Assembly: GCF_004010195.1 (NCBI RefSeq)
Contig: NC_057748.1
Coordinates: forward strand, 1,943,246-2,007,245
Direction of reading: 5' to 3'
Length of the DNA stretch: 64,000 nt
Source of the DNA: Chiloscyllium plagiosum
Lineage: Eukaryota
The position numbers were made by a program, and so were the translations under genes. The notes beneath the pieces were generated by a model. The model was not told where the DNA came from. It made no database searches and was given only the letters and a program-made list of their open reading frames with translations. Shown in pieces: positions 62,004-64,000 of the stretch (its first letter is position 1; each line of letters begins with the position of its first letter).

Positions 62004-62654
62004 AAGTCCAACACATACTGACTCAGACCTTTTATGACTTAATTGCATATTGGCTATTTCAGTAACTTTAAAAGAAACATTTTTTTTTGGATGCGGTGTT
62101 TCTACAGGTTTGACAAATGTTGTATATATTTTTTGAGAAAGTAGTGGGTCCTAAACCACTGGTTGACAGTTAAGTAACAGCTGTGTAGATAGAAAGGCCA
62201 TTAAGAGTCAATCATGCTGAGCCTGGAGCCCTGGACTGAGTCAAAATGTTAGTGAGCTTTCCCTAAAGGGATACCAGTGAACCATTTTCGATTATTGAGA
62301 CCTGAAATAAGAACAGAAAATGCTGCGTGTAATCAGCGGGCCACACTGAATCTGTGGAGAGAAAAACAGAGTTAATGCTTCAGACTGAAGACTTTCATCA
62401 GAATTGGTGCTTGTGATGGACTTACTTCCACGACAACAAATTTATATTCTCTCATTTGTAAAGGAAAATTCAAAAGCTGAAATAGCTTTTGAACTCTCGT
62501 TCATAACCAGATTCTTAAAAGAAATCCTCTGGATCAGTCTCGTCACACAGCACATCACCAGTACGTGTATACAGTTGAATTTGTGCTGTGTTGTCTCTGT
62601 GCTTTTTGTTGTTTCTTTTTGAATGAGTTCTTGTTGTACCTTGTTGTTTTCCAG

Positions 62655-62734
62655 GTGACTCCACTGTTGGGAAGAGTGCACTGGTGCATGCGTTTCGCAG
62701 TGAAAGTGCTCACTTTCTGAAGAATTATACTCTG
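62655..62734 (+). CDS. IFT27: IFT27 exon 2 (GDSTVGKSALVHAFRSESAHFLKNYTL), P-loop; gene continues beyond the window
   Basis: TTTTCCAG acceptor, 80 nt, GTATGT donor, phase-compatible with exon 1; GxxxVGKS P-loop and AHF.K.YTL fit IFT27. Confidence 0.9.
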
Positions 62735-64000
62735 GTATGTCTAATCAGCAAAGATATAGCTTTGAAAGGAGGTAATGTCAGGTTTATAAGCTCTTGCAGA
62801 AGTACATATAGTAGTAAAAAGCAAGGTAAATGACAATGAACATCAGCCTTGATTAAAAGTGTCCACACTCTGATGATGGATTAAAATAATGGTACTCAAA
62901 ACAATAACTTGGATTTATAAAGTGTCTTTAACATAGTAAAATTTCCTCAAGGCGTGTCGGAACAGTTTTGGACACCATGTTACATCAGGATATATAAGCA
63001 AATGGTTGGTCAAAGAGGAGGCTTTAAGGGAGCAGTGAGAGGTGGGATGTTAGAGAAGAGTTAATGTCCAGACAGTTAAAGACTGACAGTAGACTGATTA
63101 AAAGCAGAGATGTGCAAGAAGTTTAGAATTGGAGGAGTGTAATGAATTCAGAAACTGGAGAAGGATACAGAGATGGGGAGAGGATGAAGCCTGGTGAGGT
63201 TTGAAAGCGAGGATGATAAATTTAGACTTGAGTCATTGGAGGACAGGCAGCCAATAATCAGAAAGTAAAGGAGCTGATGGATGAACACAACCTGGTACAT
63301 TTCATGTGAAATGATCAGAACATGAGTGGAGTAGTGGAGGGGCAGAAACGCCTTCTCATTCACCATCACAGCTCCCTCAAGCGATGACTGAGAATCAAGG
63401 AGCTTCATCTTTATTTGTGTCAATGTTGTAGTCAGAATCATCAAGGTATGATTGCTGAGATTGTGCCTTCTGTTTTAATTGAGAGTTTGCAAACATAATT
63501 AATATGGTTCATTTTTAAAAATTTTCCAAATGCTGGTTTTCAAAACCACCTGGAGGTATTGTAGTACATGCTATTTAGTGTGAGAATTATGACAAAAGAA
63601 AGAGCATAACTATCTTGGAAACAATTTTAATTTAAGACTTCTAATAAACTTGTTATCAAGGTTTAAGGGTTATATTTGGAGGATAGTCTGTATGAAGTTG
63701 GCTTGTGTGGAGAAGTTTTAAGTGTGATCTGATCGAAGTATTTAAAGTGATAAAGGGATTTGCTAGATGGGGAATAACTATTTCTTCACATGGGGGATCT
63801 CAGAACAAGGAGATGTAATCTTAAAATTCTTAAATCTTGAAACCTCGGTGTTGTGGGGTTGTCAGAATTAGATGACCAGCGAGATTTCAAGGACGCTTGT
63901 AGGTCTAGCAAGCAGGTCCTAATCCCCATGTGGGAGCCACTGGTTTGCAAAAGGGGGAAATAGGGACACCTATCTGTGGCTGTGTCAATCACCTCTCTTC

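Overview
Vertebrate genomic DNA, very likely a cartilaginous fish (shark); this is inferred from HE1/V-SINEs, Deu-domain SINEs, CR1/HER1-like LINEs and Penelope-like elements. It has five assembly gaps. Three spliced genes are present, none recovered intact by the ORF track. SYNGR1 (minus strand, 4 coding exons, 26888->4323, 234 aa) lies head-to-head with a complete RPL3 (plus strand, 10 exons, 44097-53465, 403 aa; TATA/TOP promoter; intronic SNORD43 and SNORD83 homologues). The first two exons of IFT27 start about 1.2 kb after the RPL3 poly(A) signal. The most notable non-coding signals are: (1) many short Penelope-derived insertions, often fold-back, carrying minimal hammerhead-ribozyme cores of three sequence types, most with 10-14 bp target-site duplications; (2) a highly structured cassette in RPL3 intron 3 with an alternative acceptor and in-frame stop (AS-NMD autoregulation candidate); (3) a perfect 64-bp inverted repeat beside an X-box near SYNGR1 exon 2. 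All calls were made by eye and from recalled family knowledge; no searches or folding programs were run.
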